From Antedon mediterranea (lineage: Eukaryota > Animalia > Echinodermata): DNA of 64,000 nucleotides. Below, piece after piece: positions 30,201 through 45,200 of the stretch. The stretch lies in contig NC_092677.1 in the NCBI RefSeq assembly GCF_964355755.1, positions 1,758,101 to 1,822,100 on the forward strand. Reading direction: 5' to 3'. The notes under the pieces were generated by a model. That model ran no database searches and was not told the DNA's origin. It saw only the letters and a program-made list of their open reading frames with translations. Position 1 is the stretch's first letter. Every line of letters starts with the position of its first letter. A program made the translations under genes and the position numbers.

Positions 30201-33200
30201 GTAAGCCTTTAACTTACCTCTATTAATAAAATCATGTTTACTTTATTGAAAAATCTTGCTTCTATGTGGAACAAGCTACGCAATTTTCCGCTTACTGTTA
30301 CTGCTCGTCTGTGTAAAATGGCCTTTATAACAATATTGATAGTTCAACTTCTGTGGTGAGCCATTGGGCTATGGTTTCCTCTTGGGCTGTATGATAAATA
30401 AACACTTTATAAATGAATTTATCTATTTATCTCAATATATTACCATGAAAATGTTTTCTATTATTTGTAGGTTTGACTGAGCCAACAGGAGAATGCTACC
30501 CTGGTTTTTATTGTACGCTGGCAGCTATAAACCCCAACCCAAATGCGCAAGTGTATGGAGATGTCTGCCCGACAGGAAGTTACTGTCCAAACGGAACCTA
30601 TGATCCATTCCTATGTCCTGTTGGTTCTTACAACCCATCGACCGGTCGTGATGACCCTGATGATTGCTTACCATGTGAGGGCGGTAAATATTGTGACACC
30701 CAAGGACAATCAAATTACACAGGTACAATTAAACACTTTTTAACCGTTTATTGGAAAAATTATATCAATCAATTGTTTTACATGACAGTGTAAAACAATG
30801 TTTAATTTCATTTGCAGTTACTTAGAAAAATCGTGTGTATTTCAAAATCTATAAATACATGTTTGTTAGTTTGTATTATGTAATATTTCTATTAATTTGA
30901 ATGATATTTCTGCTTTTACCCTGTTTTAAAAGATGAGTGTAATCCAGGCTTCTTCTGTATAGCAGGAGCTGACAACAGCTCACCCACTGATGGCAACACT
31001 GGTGATGAGTGCCCACCTGGACACTATTGTATCCTAGGTAGCAGTGCAGCAGCCCCATGTGATGACGGGTTCTACATGAACCACACTCGTGCTAGTGCTT
31101 GTGACATTTGTCCTGTCCGCCATTACTGCGTCGACTCATGTGTAACACCGACTCTATGTCCAGAGGGTAACTTCTGTCCCTCTGGTACAGGATTTGTCAA
31201 CGAGTCATGTCCAATTGGAACGTATGGACCTGTAACAGGCTTGGCTGATTCGTCAGAATGTACAGAGTGTGACCCAGGAATGTTTTGTAGTGATACAGGA
31301 CGTACTGTTGTCTCCGGCCCTTGTTCACCTGGCTACTATTGTCTAATTGGAGTTAACACACCTGCTCCAGACAACAACAATACCGGAATTGGAGGTAATT
31401 TTTAATAATAATTTATTATAATAATAAATATTATTTTAATATCTATATTTTAGTAAATGACTAAAAGTTTTTTAGTAAATATTAAGAACTATCTTTATTA
31501 TTTTCTAGGCCCCTGCCCTGAGGGTACATACTGTCCTGGAGCAACGCCAGAGCCTATTGGATGTCCTAATGGTACCTTTAATGACCTGGTACGTCAAGCT
31601 GAATGCCAAGCTTGTCAGGCTGGCTACTATTGTATTGCTAACTCAACAACCTACATCAACACACCTTGTTGGAAAGGTAGGTATTTGCTTTATTATTTTC
31701 ATTAAGTGGCTTATAGTAAGAACAAACAAGACTAACAAGCAAAACATTGTTGTATATCCTTTTTTATTGCTACAGTATGTGTAATTTAATTTACTCTTTC
31801 ATTATTTTTTGTTTGATATTTTAGGTTACTACTGTCCTCAAGGCACAGGCTACCCTACACAGTATGCATGCCCTGCTGGTACTTTCAACAACAAGACCCT
31901 TGCAGATGACATCTTTGATTGTCTCCCCTGTCCAGGTGAGTGTGAAGGCACACCTCTGTTATAATTATAATAATAATTACTGGAAGTCAGATTTTTCTCA
32001 GGTTATTATGATATATTTAATTCAGTATGACATTTGAAAGAAATACATAATTGATTTTTTATCACCAGCTGGTGAATATTGTGAGGGTGATGGTCTTCCT
32101 GAACCGAGTGGTGACTGTGCACCAGGATGGTACTGTTCTGGTGGTTCTTATAGCAGTAAACCAACACCATATGTTAACGACACCAATGAGTACTCTGCTA
32201 CTGAATGTCCAATCTACTCAAGAAATGAAACTGGAGGAATTTGTACCCCAGGTAAATATTGCCGAACATTCTTTTTCCACCACACGACTCTACAGCTGTG
32301 TAATAATGAATCATTTCCATTTTTATAGTGTAATTGCAACAATCATTGCTCATAGCGCTGTGGACTTGGATGTTACACTTTTTAACACATGCTTCTCCCT
32401 AATGCGTGGTTCCCACTAGAGACGCAACACAGCGACGTAACGCAACGTAAGGGATTTGACCAATCACAAGTGAACTTTATTTGAACTGTCGCTTGTCACT
32501 GATAACTCGCTTGAGTTTAAGGGTCATGTCAGTGCTGCCAATAGCGCTCTCTCTTCTGTCCACCGTGGCTGTGTGAACTAGTACACTCAAACAAATTCTA
32601 ATGAGATAAAAATAAATGTATAAATGTTTCAGGTACCTACTGTCCTGAAGGTTCTGACCGGCCTGTTCCATGTTCACTTGGTCAGTTCTGTGGTAACTAT
32701 GCCTTATCAACTCCAAGCGGTGATTGCTTAGCAGGCTTCTTTTGTAATGGTAGTGCCGAAGTTCATGATCCTGTCGCTTGTATCACAGGCCATTACTGTC
32801 CAAAGGGTACAGTGGTACAGGAGCCTTGCCCACCAGGCACCTTCTCAGGTAAGTAAATTTAAGAGTAATTTCATCCTTCATTAGTGATCATGTCAAAATT
32901 GTATTCTACTGCAGTACTACTACTTTTGATATACTCTGTAACCTGATTATGCAATTTAGGTTTATACACCACACTGTCAAAAATCATACGTTATTGCAGT
33001 AAAACATGGAAGGAACCTTTATAATTATTTGTGTGTTTCCTATTGTGAGAAAGTCATTAGATAATAAATAATAGATATATATCAAAGATAATAAATCATT
33101 AAACACATTCACATTCCTTGTGAGTGTCATTTCAATAATAATTGTATTTACTATGTTTAATGTAGGAACTGAACAAAATGTAAACATTACTGACTGTTTG

Positions 33201-36200
33201 CCATGTACCGGTGGATCTTATTGCGAAGGTTATGGACTGTCATCTCCCACCAACCTCTGCGCACCAGGCTACTTTTGTCCAGAAGGTCAAGACACCTATG
33301 AACCAACTGACCTTGCCTGTAGTCCTGGTCATTTCTGTGAGCTAGGTAGCTGGAACCAAACTGGATGTCCAAGTGGCTGGTACCAGCCTGACTGGGGACG
33401 ACATGATTGTGACCCTTGCCCTGCTGGTTCATATTGTAAAGCATTTGGTAAGTTTTTTTTTCCAAAAGTTATAATTTTTTTTTTAAATCTTTATTTTAAT
33501 CTTTTCTTATTGCCATGGCAATTTAATTTCAATTTCATTTCTAAGTTAAACAAATATATAATCCATGACATACTTATATTTTGTTCTTTAAATATTAATT
33601 TCAGTTAGGTAAAACAAATAAATTGTTTTTTTCTTTTATTTGCAGGAGACTATGAGTTATTGGATGCCGAAAACATCACTGAAAGTGGAAACTTTAGTGG
33701 CCGTTACCGTAGTTACAGAGGAGTTTCCGTGCCTACCATTTGCCCAGCTGGTTCCTACTGTCCAGAAAAGACTCAATTTGGCACCGAGTTCTTATGTCCT
33801 GAAGGTACATACAGTAACAAGACAGAACTTCACAATGAAACACAATGTACACCTTGTGAGCCTGGCATGTACTGCCCTGGAGAAGGTAAGTAAAGATGGT
33901 AGTCTTGTGGAAAGTATCTATTAATATAAATTAATTAATTAAATAATATTAATTAAACTTAATTTAACAGAAATAAAAAATATTAAGATTAATGATAGGT
34001 AATAACTTATAAAAGGTAAAGAATATGAGAGTATATAACAAACTACCAAAAAAGTGAAGCAATTATGATTCCATATTTCAAACTAATAAAATATTTGTTT
34101 ATCATCAGTAATAAATAACATTTACAATGTAAAATATAGGTACTAGGAGTGAGTGAGATAGGCAATCTATTGACCAATCAAATTAATCAAATAAACAAAC
34201 AATAAACTAATCAATAATAATTTATATTTTTTTTTTATAAAATATTCAGGAAACACCCAACCATTTGATGAATGTTCAGCTGGATTTTACTGTACACAAG
34301 GTGCCTCTAGTGCCACACCCACAGATGGAACAACAGGCGATGAATGCCCTGAGGGTCTTTACTGTCTCACTGGCAGTATTGTAGGCCAAGGTTGCCCCAA
34401 GGGCACCTTTAGTAACCAGCTAGGCTTGATGGATGCAAGTGAATGCTGGAACTGTACTGCAGGATACTATTGTGCATCGACTGGACTCACTGTGGAAACT
34501 GGAACTTGTTGGGCTGGTAAAATTTTATTGTTGTTTGTGGCTCTACCAGTGATGTAACCGCTTACTGGCTAAATCCAGGTACCCAGAGCTTAAGGGGCCC
34601 AAGTACATGACTAGGGACCTTATCCCCCCACACTATGCCACTGGATGCAATGAATTATATTATTTAATAAGAGTAAAAAGATTTAAACTGTTAATATTTT
34701 AAACATTCTCTTCCATTAAATTTAGGTTTCTATTGTTCCGGGTCATCTGAAGAACCTGCACCTGTTGCCCAATCATATGGTGATGTCTGCTGGGCTGGAT
34801 ACTACTGTCCCAATGGTACAGACATCCCTGATCCTTGTCCACCTGGTACATTCTCTGATGTCCCAGGACTACCTGACAGAGAGTCGTGTACAGATTGCAG
34901 CCCAGGTATTCATTAAACTATTAGTATTTTAACATAATGAAACTAAAGCTTGGTTGTAAAATCTGAAATGCTTTTTACTCAATCCCAGAAAATCATTGTG
35001 AGGTCAATCTCTGCCATTATTTTTGCAAACTTTTTCAATGTTATGACCTCATATGTCCACTGTTATCTCATGTTATTTATTTATATTGTGTTTTGTAGGC
35101 TATTATTGTGAGACTGGAGGAAAGACCAACGTAACCGGTAAATGTGATGAAGGTTTCTACTGCGTCAAAGCGTCAAACAACAGCGCACCTTTGGATGGCA
35201 TTACAGGTGAGTAATATTCACTCCAAATCGTCCATTTTGTGAGATCCCTATCTAACTCATACCAACACTACTGTTATTTTGTGTATTTTACTATAAGGAA
35301 TATATATTTATTTCAGAAACTAAGAAAGACCAAATATTGTATGTCAATGATTTTCTTTTTTAGGTGATATTTGTTGGGCCGGCCATTACTGTGAGGAAGG
35401 ATCAAGTATTCCAATTGCCTGTCCAAATGGTACATTTATGAATCACACTGGAGCATCGGAATGTGACATTTGCCCAGAGGGTCGGTACTGTATCTATGGA
35501 GATCAGGCTTTACCATGTCCACAGGGCTACTACTGTCCAGAGGGTACTGGTTATGATTACCAAATGTGTCCCTCTGGTATGTTTGGTTCAAGAACTGGAT
35601 TGGTTGCTGAAGAATTTTGCACTCCATGCACAGGTAAGTCAAAGAAAAATGTTTGGAAGAAAACAAAATGCTTAAACCAGGTGTGTTTGCGTAGATTAGT
35701 TGCATTAAAATTTAAATTTAAATATCAAAAGAAATTTGAAAATTTTATTGGCTTCAGTGTCTTGACACAAATAGTATAATAGATGCTATATGTTTTTCAG
35801 GTGGTTACTATTGCGAAACACCAGGTTCACCTGAACCAGATGGCAACTGCTCAGCAGGCTACTACTGCGATTCGGGTGTAGACATGTCTACTCCAACACA
35901 CAATGATGGACATAAGGGTACAGGGGGTGTGTGTCCAGTCGGTAGCTACTGTCCTAAGGGCACTGTTATACCCTTTGAATGTGAAGCTGGTACTTACACA
36001 GACAGTGAAGGTATATATCCTTACATTCCTACTTTTATTAAAAGTATTAAAAACAGCCTTACCTATGTCTATGTCTGCCAATAATATATAAACATGCTAT
36101 TGTTTATATTTTCTAATAGGTCAAAGTTCATGCAATTCATGTCTAGCTGGATTTTACTGCCCAACCAATACAAGTGACCCCTTGGACTTTCCATGTCCGG

Positions 36201-39200
36201 TTGGTAGCTATTGTCCAACTGGTACAACTTATCCATATGAGTACCCATGTCCAGAGGGTTCTTATAATGGACTGGAAGAGCAGCAAAATATATCATCATG
36301 TGACCTTTGTCCTCCTGGAATGTATTGTCAAGGTGAAGGGCTTGAGCGACCTACTGGAAACTGTAGTGCTGGTTGGTTCTGTACAGGAGGTGCCTGGGAT
36401 TCTATGCCGTCTCCACCTGGTAAGAGCAAACACCATTTACATCATTTTTATATGGATTTATTTTGTTAAAAAACCATCTTTTCAGATAAAAATATTCCCA
36501 CTTTAGTTTATATCTACAGTATTTGAATACTAATTGAATATTCATAAAACACTAAACATTAACACACAATATACTAAATGAAATTTTATTTACGTATTCT
36601 AACAATTTTATGTTTTAACTATTTGTAGGAAATGCTACAATAATATCAGACTGCACATGCCCAGCTGTCAACTACACCGGAAACATATGCCCACCAGGAA
36701 CTTATTGTCCATCAGGTTCTCCAGCTCCAATTGACTGCGACTACGGACAGTACTGTGACAATTATGGGCTACCTGCCCCAACAGATGACTGCATTGCTGG
36801 TTTCTATTGCCCTAGAGGACAAAATCGACCGGATCCACCTGGGTTTACTTGCCCAGTAGGTTACTATTGCTTACAGGGTTCAGGATGGCCTAGTGCTTGC
36901 CCTAATGGTACATTTAGTAACACAACACAGAATACAGAGGAGCTTAATTGTGAAGCTTGTACTCCAGGTACTTTTAATTGTTGTTAATTTGGTTACCAGT
37001 GCTTAAAATGAGTGCGTATCTCTATTAATATAGAAGTGTAAAGCGTTGGAAGAATTAGAAGTATAGAGGATTAAATACAATTTGATTTACAACAAAATCT
37101 TAATATTATTTAGGCAAATATTGTGCTGGTGAACACCTTTCCAAACCATCCAGTGACTGTATGGAAGGCTACTATTGCCCCGGAGGTCAGAGTGAGAGGG
37201 CACCATCTGAATACATTTGTCCAAAAGGATTCGCTTGTCCTGAGGGAAGCTCAACACCTCAATTATGTCCAAGAGGTATGCATGAATTTTATAAATACAT
37301 TCCTTTTCTTGTTATGTTGAACATGTGACAAAAATTGTGATTTGCCCATATATGGACATGATGATGTAATATCAATACCATATTTGGGAATACCACTACC
37401 ATATTTGTGCACATCACACTCTTTTTTTATTAAACTAGTTTGATAGTTTAGACAGAGCTTTAGGCCTACTCATTTTTTCTCTTGAGTAAAATATATAAAC
37501 AATGTACGTAACAGGAACTGTAATGAAGAACTTATTTATGTACTATACTTTATTCTCATCAATTTTACTTAATTCAGGAACCTTCCAGTCAGAAGAAGAG
37601 CAGGCAGAATGTGATATCTGTCCATTAGGAAAATATTGTGATCCATACGAACTTGGAAATGTGACTGGTGTTATTGTACCAGTAGATTGCATTCCAGGGC
37701 ATTTCTGTCCCAATGGAACGGAGTATGCCGAACAGAATAAATGTCCTGTTGGAACATACTCAAACAAGACTAACTTAGACAATGCAGGTAAGTATGCATG
37801 CTTAAATGCGGTCTACAGTCTACAAAATTATTCATAAGACAACTTTGTATGTAATATAGGTTTACATTGTTAGCTTGAGAGGGTGTATATATATAGACTT
37901 TATTTGTTCACAAGACTAATTTATAACAGCACAACTCGTTCAATCAACATTGATTGTTTTTGCACAAGTTCGTGATATTACACAAATAGTGTATTTCTTT
38001 GTTATTGTAAGGTTGGCAAGAACACATGATAAAACAGTATATTATTGATATTTTGGTATTTATGCAGGAAAATGTACATCGTGTGATGCTGGCTGGTACT
38101 GTGATGAGGAAGGCCTTACTGAACCTAAAGCTAAATGCCAGGCTGGATTCTACTGCACACTACGAGCAGAGGAACCTGCTCCTACTGATGGGGTTACAGG
38201 CGATATCTGCCCACAAGGAAAATATTGCGAAGAAGGCTCAATAACAGGTATATTGATGTATATAATTTAGTTAACAGAAATAATAACCACATTACATTTA
38301 TGGTAATAATGTAAAGATATATCTCACACATAAGAATACCCATTTTAGATATTTATTATTATTTTATTTTTATGTGTAATTGAAACTATTGTGTTTATAT
38401 AGGTGAAGATTGCCCTATTGGTCGGTATGGCAACCAGACAGGTTTACGCACAGCAACAGACTGCCCATTGTGTGATCCTGGGTGGTATTGTAACTCTCCT
38501 GGTCTGGAAGAACCATTTAGGTTTTGCTCTGCTGGACATTACTGTAAACTAGGTGCAACATCTCCTAACCCAACTAACGAAACATTTGGCTACTTGTGTC
38601 CAGTCGGTCACTACTGTCTTGAGGGGACACCGGTACCAGCCACCTGTGATGCTGGAACCTACAATCCATTGGAAGGTAACCTAACTCGTCCAAGATGACA
38701 AATATTGTTTATTCTATTATGATATTATTATTTTGCAATAATATATTTATCTTTGTGGCAATATAGTATAGCAATGTCTATTTATATCTATTAGTTCCTT
38801 TGATGTTAAATATTTTTAAATAACCTTAGAAACTGAGAATGCATGTTTAATTCGAACTATGAAATAAAAACTGCTTTCTTTCAGGTCAAGACGAAGCTGA
38901 TGATTGTGAGAGTTGCGACGGTGGATTCTACTGTAAGTTTGAAGGTCAGGCAAACGTGACTGCTCAGTGTTATGCTGGATACTATTGTAGTGAGGGCGCT
39001 TCAGAACCAAATCCTGAGGGTAAGTTTATAACATATTCTTATTCTTTATTGCCAATCAACAACAAACAAACAACTACAAAGTAAGTGGCAAGAAACACAA
39101 AAGGGAACTAAACCCCTGTGAATCCTTTTACCAAGTAGCACATAAAAATAAAACTGTGGTAAAACAATATATACATATGTTTTCACCCACTTTTTGTTTA

Positions 39201-42200
39201 GTCTTCAGTTGTTTTTTAATGTTGAGTGTCACAGTTCATTTATGTACTACAGGAAGCTGCAAAATAGATGAATTGAACTCAACTATTATTTGTAATTTCA
39301 GATGATGTGACTGGAAACATCTGTCCTATTGGTCATTACTGTCCAATTGGAAGTGATCGTCCATTACCCTGCAACAATGCAACATACATGAATGACACCG
39401 GAGCGTCCGAATGTCTTGTGTGTCCAGAGGGATACATGTGTATCCATGGAGATGAACCTGATCCATGCCCAGCTGGATTCTTCTGTCCAGTTGGAACAGG
39501 TTATGACACTCAACCATGTCCCGAAGGTATGAAAATATTTATGTGAAATACTTCAAACTTTATTGAAAAAAAATGCTTTGTTTTGACCAAATGGCCTAGA
39601 ATAACAGTCATCAGTCATGTATTGACACACAAGTACATTATGTCAAACTTAATTAAACCACTTGCATGTATTTTGTTTAATTTAATGCTAGTGTACTCTG
39701 TAAACAACAATGTTTGTATAAAATTCATTCATTCTCTTAAAGTTTAGTCATCTAGTTTTCTTTTAACATCTAAATATATCCAATGTAATGAATGTGTAGA
39801 TACTGATGAGTTTATTGTTGTTTTAGGAACGTTTGGAGCATCAACATTGTTGTCAGAATCAATGGATTGTACTCGTTGTACTGGTGGTCACTATTGTCAA
39901 TCACCTGGAATGGTTTCATTTACCGGCCAATGTGATGCTGGACATTATTGTACAGAAGGTAAGTTATATTTTTTCGCCATTTACAGTATTTATTACCCAT
40001 ACTATTTGAGATTTTAAACAAGTTTGGACGATGGTTATTTGCCTGTCTTCAAGGTTTAATTATTGTTTTACCTATTTTGTAGTTGTATGATAGTAGCATA
40101 TTTCAGGTTGTTATAGTAGTACTTTGTTTGTAAAATGTAAAAAATTCTATTGATTAAGTTACACATTTGTTTTGTTTTTCTATTTTAAAGGTGTAAACAT
40201 CAGAGCACCTAATGGTGCAAACAATACTGGAACAGGTGGAATATGTTCTGCTGGACATGAATGTCCAATTGGCACAGCTGTGGAAATTCCCTGCATTCCT
40301 GGTAGCTACACTCCCATGGAGCAAATGGAAGCATGTCTACCCTGCCCAGCAGGTGAGGAATATATTATAAATTAATATTTAAAATAATCAAATATTATTA
40401 TATTATTAATGTAATAATTTAACCATTAACCATAATTAACCATTTAATTAATGTAGTAACCTTTGACATTTTACTTTATATACAGGAAAATACTGTGAGA
40501 ATGCAACAGTAACACCGTTGGATTGTCCAGTGGGTCATTACTGTCCTGAAAGCACAGGATATGCTGACCAGTATCCATGTCCAGCAGGTTCTTATAATAA
40601 TCTGACAGGTACGTTTTGTTTCACATGACTGTAAACATGGATAGTTTATGTCACATGAATACAGATACATTTTTCATCTGAGCTAGTGAAACTGAGATAA
40701 CCGCAGCTGATTCATAGAGGGATTGAAAACAAACATTATGCATGATTGACTTTTTTTTACAGGTCAACCAAATTCCACCAACTGTGAATACTGTCCTCCT
40801 GGTATGTACTGCGAAGGCGCTGGATTAAGTGCGCCCTCTGGATGGTGCGATGAAGGATTTTACTGCAGCGGAGGCTCAAATTCCAAAAGACCATTTGATG
40901 TTGGTGTTTCTGTAGCCATTCCAACTCCAGGGTATGATCAATGTTACTCTTTACTGAAAACTTAGATATTATCTTAACTTTTTCTGTTAATAAGTTTGTT
41001 AATAACTCTAAACAATTGTGTTGGCTTAATATTTCATTAAATTTAAGATTATCTATTTAATTTGAAATTCACAATTTCGTTTTACAAGGTATGCATATGA
41101 CAATGATACATGCCATCCACTGTATAACTGTGTGTGTCCTGACTTTGCTATGAGTACTGGCGGCTTATGTGGTCCTGGCTTTTACTGTCCTTATGGCTCT
41201 CCCCAACCACTCAACTGCCCTGGAGGTATGTACTGTGAAACACCAGGACTATCATCCCCAACTGGCAACTGTACTGCTGGCTGGTATTGCAACCATACCA
41301 GCTCAGAACCGGATCAGTACATCTGTCCTAGTGGCTACTATTGTCCAGATGGTACAGCTGTACCGATTGGTTGTCCATCTGGAACTTACAGTGGATCCGA
41401 AGGAAATAATGAGTTAGCAGATTGTTTAAATTGTACAGCTGGAAAATACTGCGAAGGTAAGAATGATTTTTTTTGTATAAATTTTTACTTTTAATTTTTC
41501 CATCAGAGACCATATCAAAATTATTGTACTGTAGTTACTGCAGTAACTATATCCTATTTACTCTTTTGTCTGTTTATGTGCTTTTTGTAAGTTATAAAAA
41601 TAGATTTCTTACATGATGATGATCACTACCATATATTTTTTTGTCAAACTAATTTGATAGTGTAGACAGAATGATCTTTAGATACTTTAACTTCTGTGTA
41701 TCAACTGAATAATTGTTACTTTTTTAAGGTGATGGAAACAGTGCACCTGATGCTGATTGTGCACCAGGATATTATTGTCCTGGAGGTCAAGACATTGGCA
41801 CACCAACTGACCTTCAGTGTCCTGTTGGTCATTATTGTCCAGAGAGCTCTCATGAACCTATTGTATGTACAAATGGTACCTACCAACCTCTTATGACCAT
41901 GAGTGATTGTGACCTTTGCCCTGAAGCATATTACTGTGATTCGAATGAAGGTATGTTTTACCTGAAAATGTATGAACAATTGTATTCCATGTGTATGTTC
42001 ATTTATAAGAAAGCATGTATAAATACTAGTAGAGTTTCATTTACAGTTTTTGTTAGCTTTGTAAGTTTAGATACTTTGTATATTTGTGAACAAGAATACA
42101 CAATACAATACAATTATTTATGTCTTTAGACACAAGGCCAAAGATTACCAATAGTAAATGAATTTCTGTCGTATCAGATGGGTTGCCATATATTTAGGCC

Positions 42201-45200
42201 TACTGTAAAACCTAACAATACAAAACCCAAGGAGAAAACAATTCAATCAATCAATATATCTTTTTATGTTTTTAATTTCTTCTAGTTGGACCGGTATCTA
42301 GCCCTACTGTTTGTCCACAAGGCTACTATTGCCCCGAAGGAACAGAGCTAGGAGAAACCAATCCATGCCCAGAAGGAACCTATGGTGATGACACAATGTA
42401 CACTGAAGTTGATGATTGCAGAACGTGTACAGCAGGATACTACTGCGGAGAAGATGCACTTACAGCGCCTTCTGGTGAATGCTATGCTGGGTATTATTGT
42501 ACAGGAGAGGCGTCATCAGCAACACCGTATGATGACATGGTAACGTTTATGTTTTTCAAATTGTTCAGAAAAACATTGAACATTGTATAGTAATTACATC
42601 AGGAGAAGTTTGATTACAAACCTATTGTTCTAATGTTCATCTTTTAGGTTGATGACACTAATAATTCAAGTTTTACTGGAAATGATGTATGTCCTATTGG
42701 CTTCTTTTGCCCAAATGGCACCTCATACCCAGAACCCTGCCCTTCTGGTACATTCTCACAAAATACACGTGTCACTCGTGAAGAGGACTGCGAGGAATGT
42801 CCACCAGGCCATTATTGCAATATGCAAGGTTTTGTGAAAGTTAGCCAAGCTCCTCTGTGTGACCCAGGGTAAGTTCATTATAAACACTTAAAGCTCTATC
42901 TACACTATCAAACTAGTTTGACAACAAAAAATAAGATGTGCCCAAATATGGTGGTGCTATGACATCATCATGTCTATATATGGGCACAGCACATGTTTTG
43001 TCACATAAAGTTTGATAGTGTAGACAGAGCTTTATAATAATAATTAGTGTTGTAAAGTTTATTAAACATAAAACATAAAGTATAATAATTTCTATCTGCT
43101 TGGGCTTTTGAACAAAAAAAGTTATTATATTTTCATGCACATGTGGAATCTATTCTATAGATATGTTTGTACTGGAGGCAGTACAACTCCAACCCCAGAT
43201 ACATCATCAGGTATGGGCTATCCTTGTCCAGTAGGTCACTACTGTCCAGCTGGAACAATCACAGAGTTAGGCTGCAATATAGGAACATACCAGCCTAGCA
43301 TAGGACAAGATAATTGTACTGAATGTCCTGCAGGATTTATGTGTCCATACACAAACATGTCTGAGCCTCTACCTTGCAAATCAGGTAAGAATCTTATTAT
43401 ACTAACTTGAATGAATGCTTTGATTTGTTGTGCTTTAATCATCTAATTGATTATCTTGAATCTATTTTAACTGCATTTAGTTTTAGAGCATCTGCAAGGT
43501 GACAATTTTATCAAGAAAGTAGCGTACAATATGTTTTTCTTCTTTAAAACAAATCAAAGTGTTGGTCTTAGATATTCTAATCTACTGATTATTTTTCTAG
43601 GCCATTACTGCCCAGCAGGTGAACCAAGCCCTGTTGCTTGTCCAGAAGGCACGTTTAACAATGCTACTGGAGCAAGCATAGAAGAGGAGTGTATTGATTG
43701 TACATCTGGGATGTATTGTGAAGGAATTGGTAATAGCTATCCTACAGGTGAGATATCATAAGCTGTGTTCACACACACTTGTGTTAACCTCTGTCTAAAC
43801 TATCAAACTTTGTGACAAAACAAATGTGAGATGTGCCCATATATGGACATGATGATGTCATATTACAAGCATATTGTTAGACCACATATGTTTGAACGCA
43901 TTGGCAGAACACTTTAAACCTGCCATATTGCAAAAGCAAAAGAACTTTTCTGTAACCATACCTCATTCGTATAGAAATATTAAAAAAAATGTTGTTTTTT
44001 TTAATTTATTTTTTTCAAGGCCCTTGTATTGCTGGATACTATTGCTACAGAGGAGCATCTAATAAGGTACCAGCAGACAACCCTAACTATCCTGACAACG
44101 GGTTCTGTCCTCCTGGTTACTATTGTGAGGAAGGTACACCTACTCCTAAACCTTGCCCAATTGGGACACTCAGGAGTGTGCCACGTAAGTTTATTTTATC
44201 TATAGAATAGTATAATCTATTTGCATATGTGAATGTAAACATCACTGTAGATACTTTATTATTACTGAATGCTTCTCCATAGAATTTGAAGACAACATTA
44301 TTTTTTTGTAAACCGCTTTTAATTTTACCTCATACAGAGGCTGAGGCAGTTGATGACTGTTACCCTTGCACTGGCGGCTACTACTGTGACACACCAGGTC
44401 GAACCAACTTCACAGACTACTGTTCAGCAGGCTTCTACTGCCCAGCTAATGAGACTGTTAGTAATCCCACACCACCGGAATTCAAATGCTGGGTTGGGCA
44501 CTACTGTCCAGAAGGATCACCGGTTCCGCTTCCTTGCCCTGTGGGCAAGTACCAGCCCAATGAGGGTACAGATGAATGTATATCTTGTCAAGCTGGTTAT
44601 TATTGTCAAAGTGCATTGGAACCTGACCCACAGCCTTGTCCTCCATACCACTACTGCCCTGAAGGTACTGTCTTATTTTTTTCTTTTTTTTTAGTAGTCA
44701 TATTTATTTTATCTATTTTGATTCTTCATCATCGTAAGTTACCACAATCAACAAATTGATTATTACAAAACTAGGAGGCCTACTAGAAGGCCTACTTTTA
44801 AGTAGTAGCTGTGTGTGGCAGTGATTAATCTGTAATTTATTTCTTTGTTTTAATGAAGTTTCTCTTGTCTATTGTTATTGTTGATAAAATAATGTCATTA
44901 TTTGTTATTTTGGCAGCTACTATGTTTCCAATATCCTGTCCTAATGGAACCTACACATATGATAATACAACAACTTTGAAAGAAGAATCCGAGTGCCTAC
45001 CATGTGCAGCTGGTAAATTTTGCAGGTAAGTCAAGATGTTGAGAGCTGTGTTTTGGTAATAAACATCAGAGTAGCATGAGAAAGGCATGGGTTCGAGACC
45101 TGTCTGTGCCATATTACTTGAATGCTTGTCAAGGTACTTTACTTACTATTGCCTCATTGCCTTTAAAAGCAGTTAAAAGAGTAGGAGATCATCTCCCGGT

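Noticed and set aside
34547-34643. hAT-like MITE (CAGTGATGTA...TATGCCACTG)
   Set aside because: The inverted ends are short and degenerate, it is a single copy, and there is no clear 8-bp TSD.
36011-36119. U12-type intron (donor GTATATATCCTT)
   Set aside because: It does not match the strict GTATCCTT consensus at +1 to +8, and there is no clear TCCTTAAC branch site near the acceptor.
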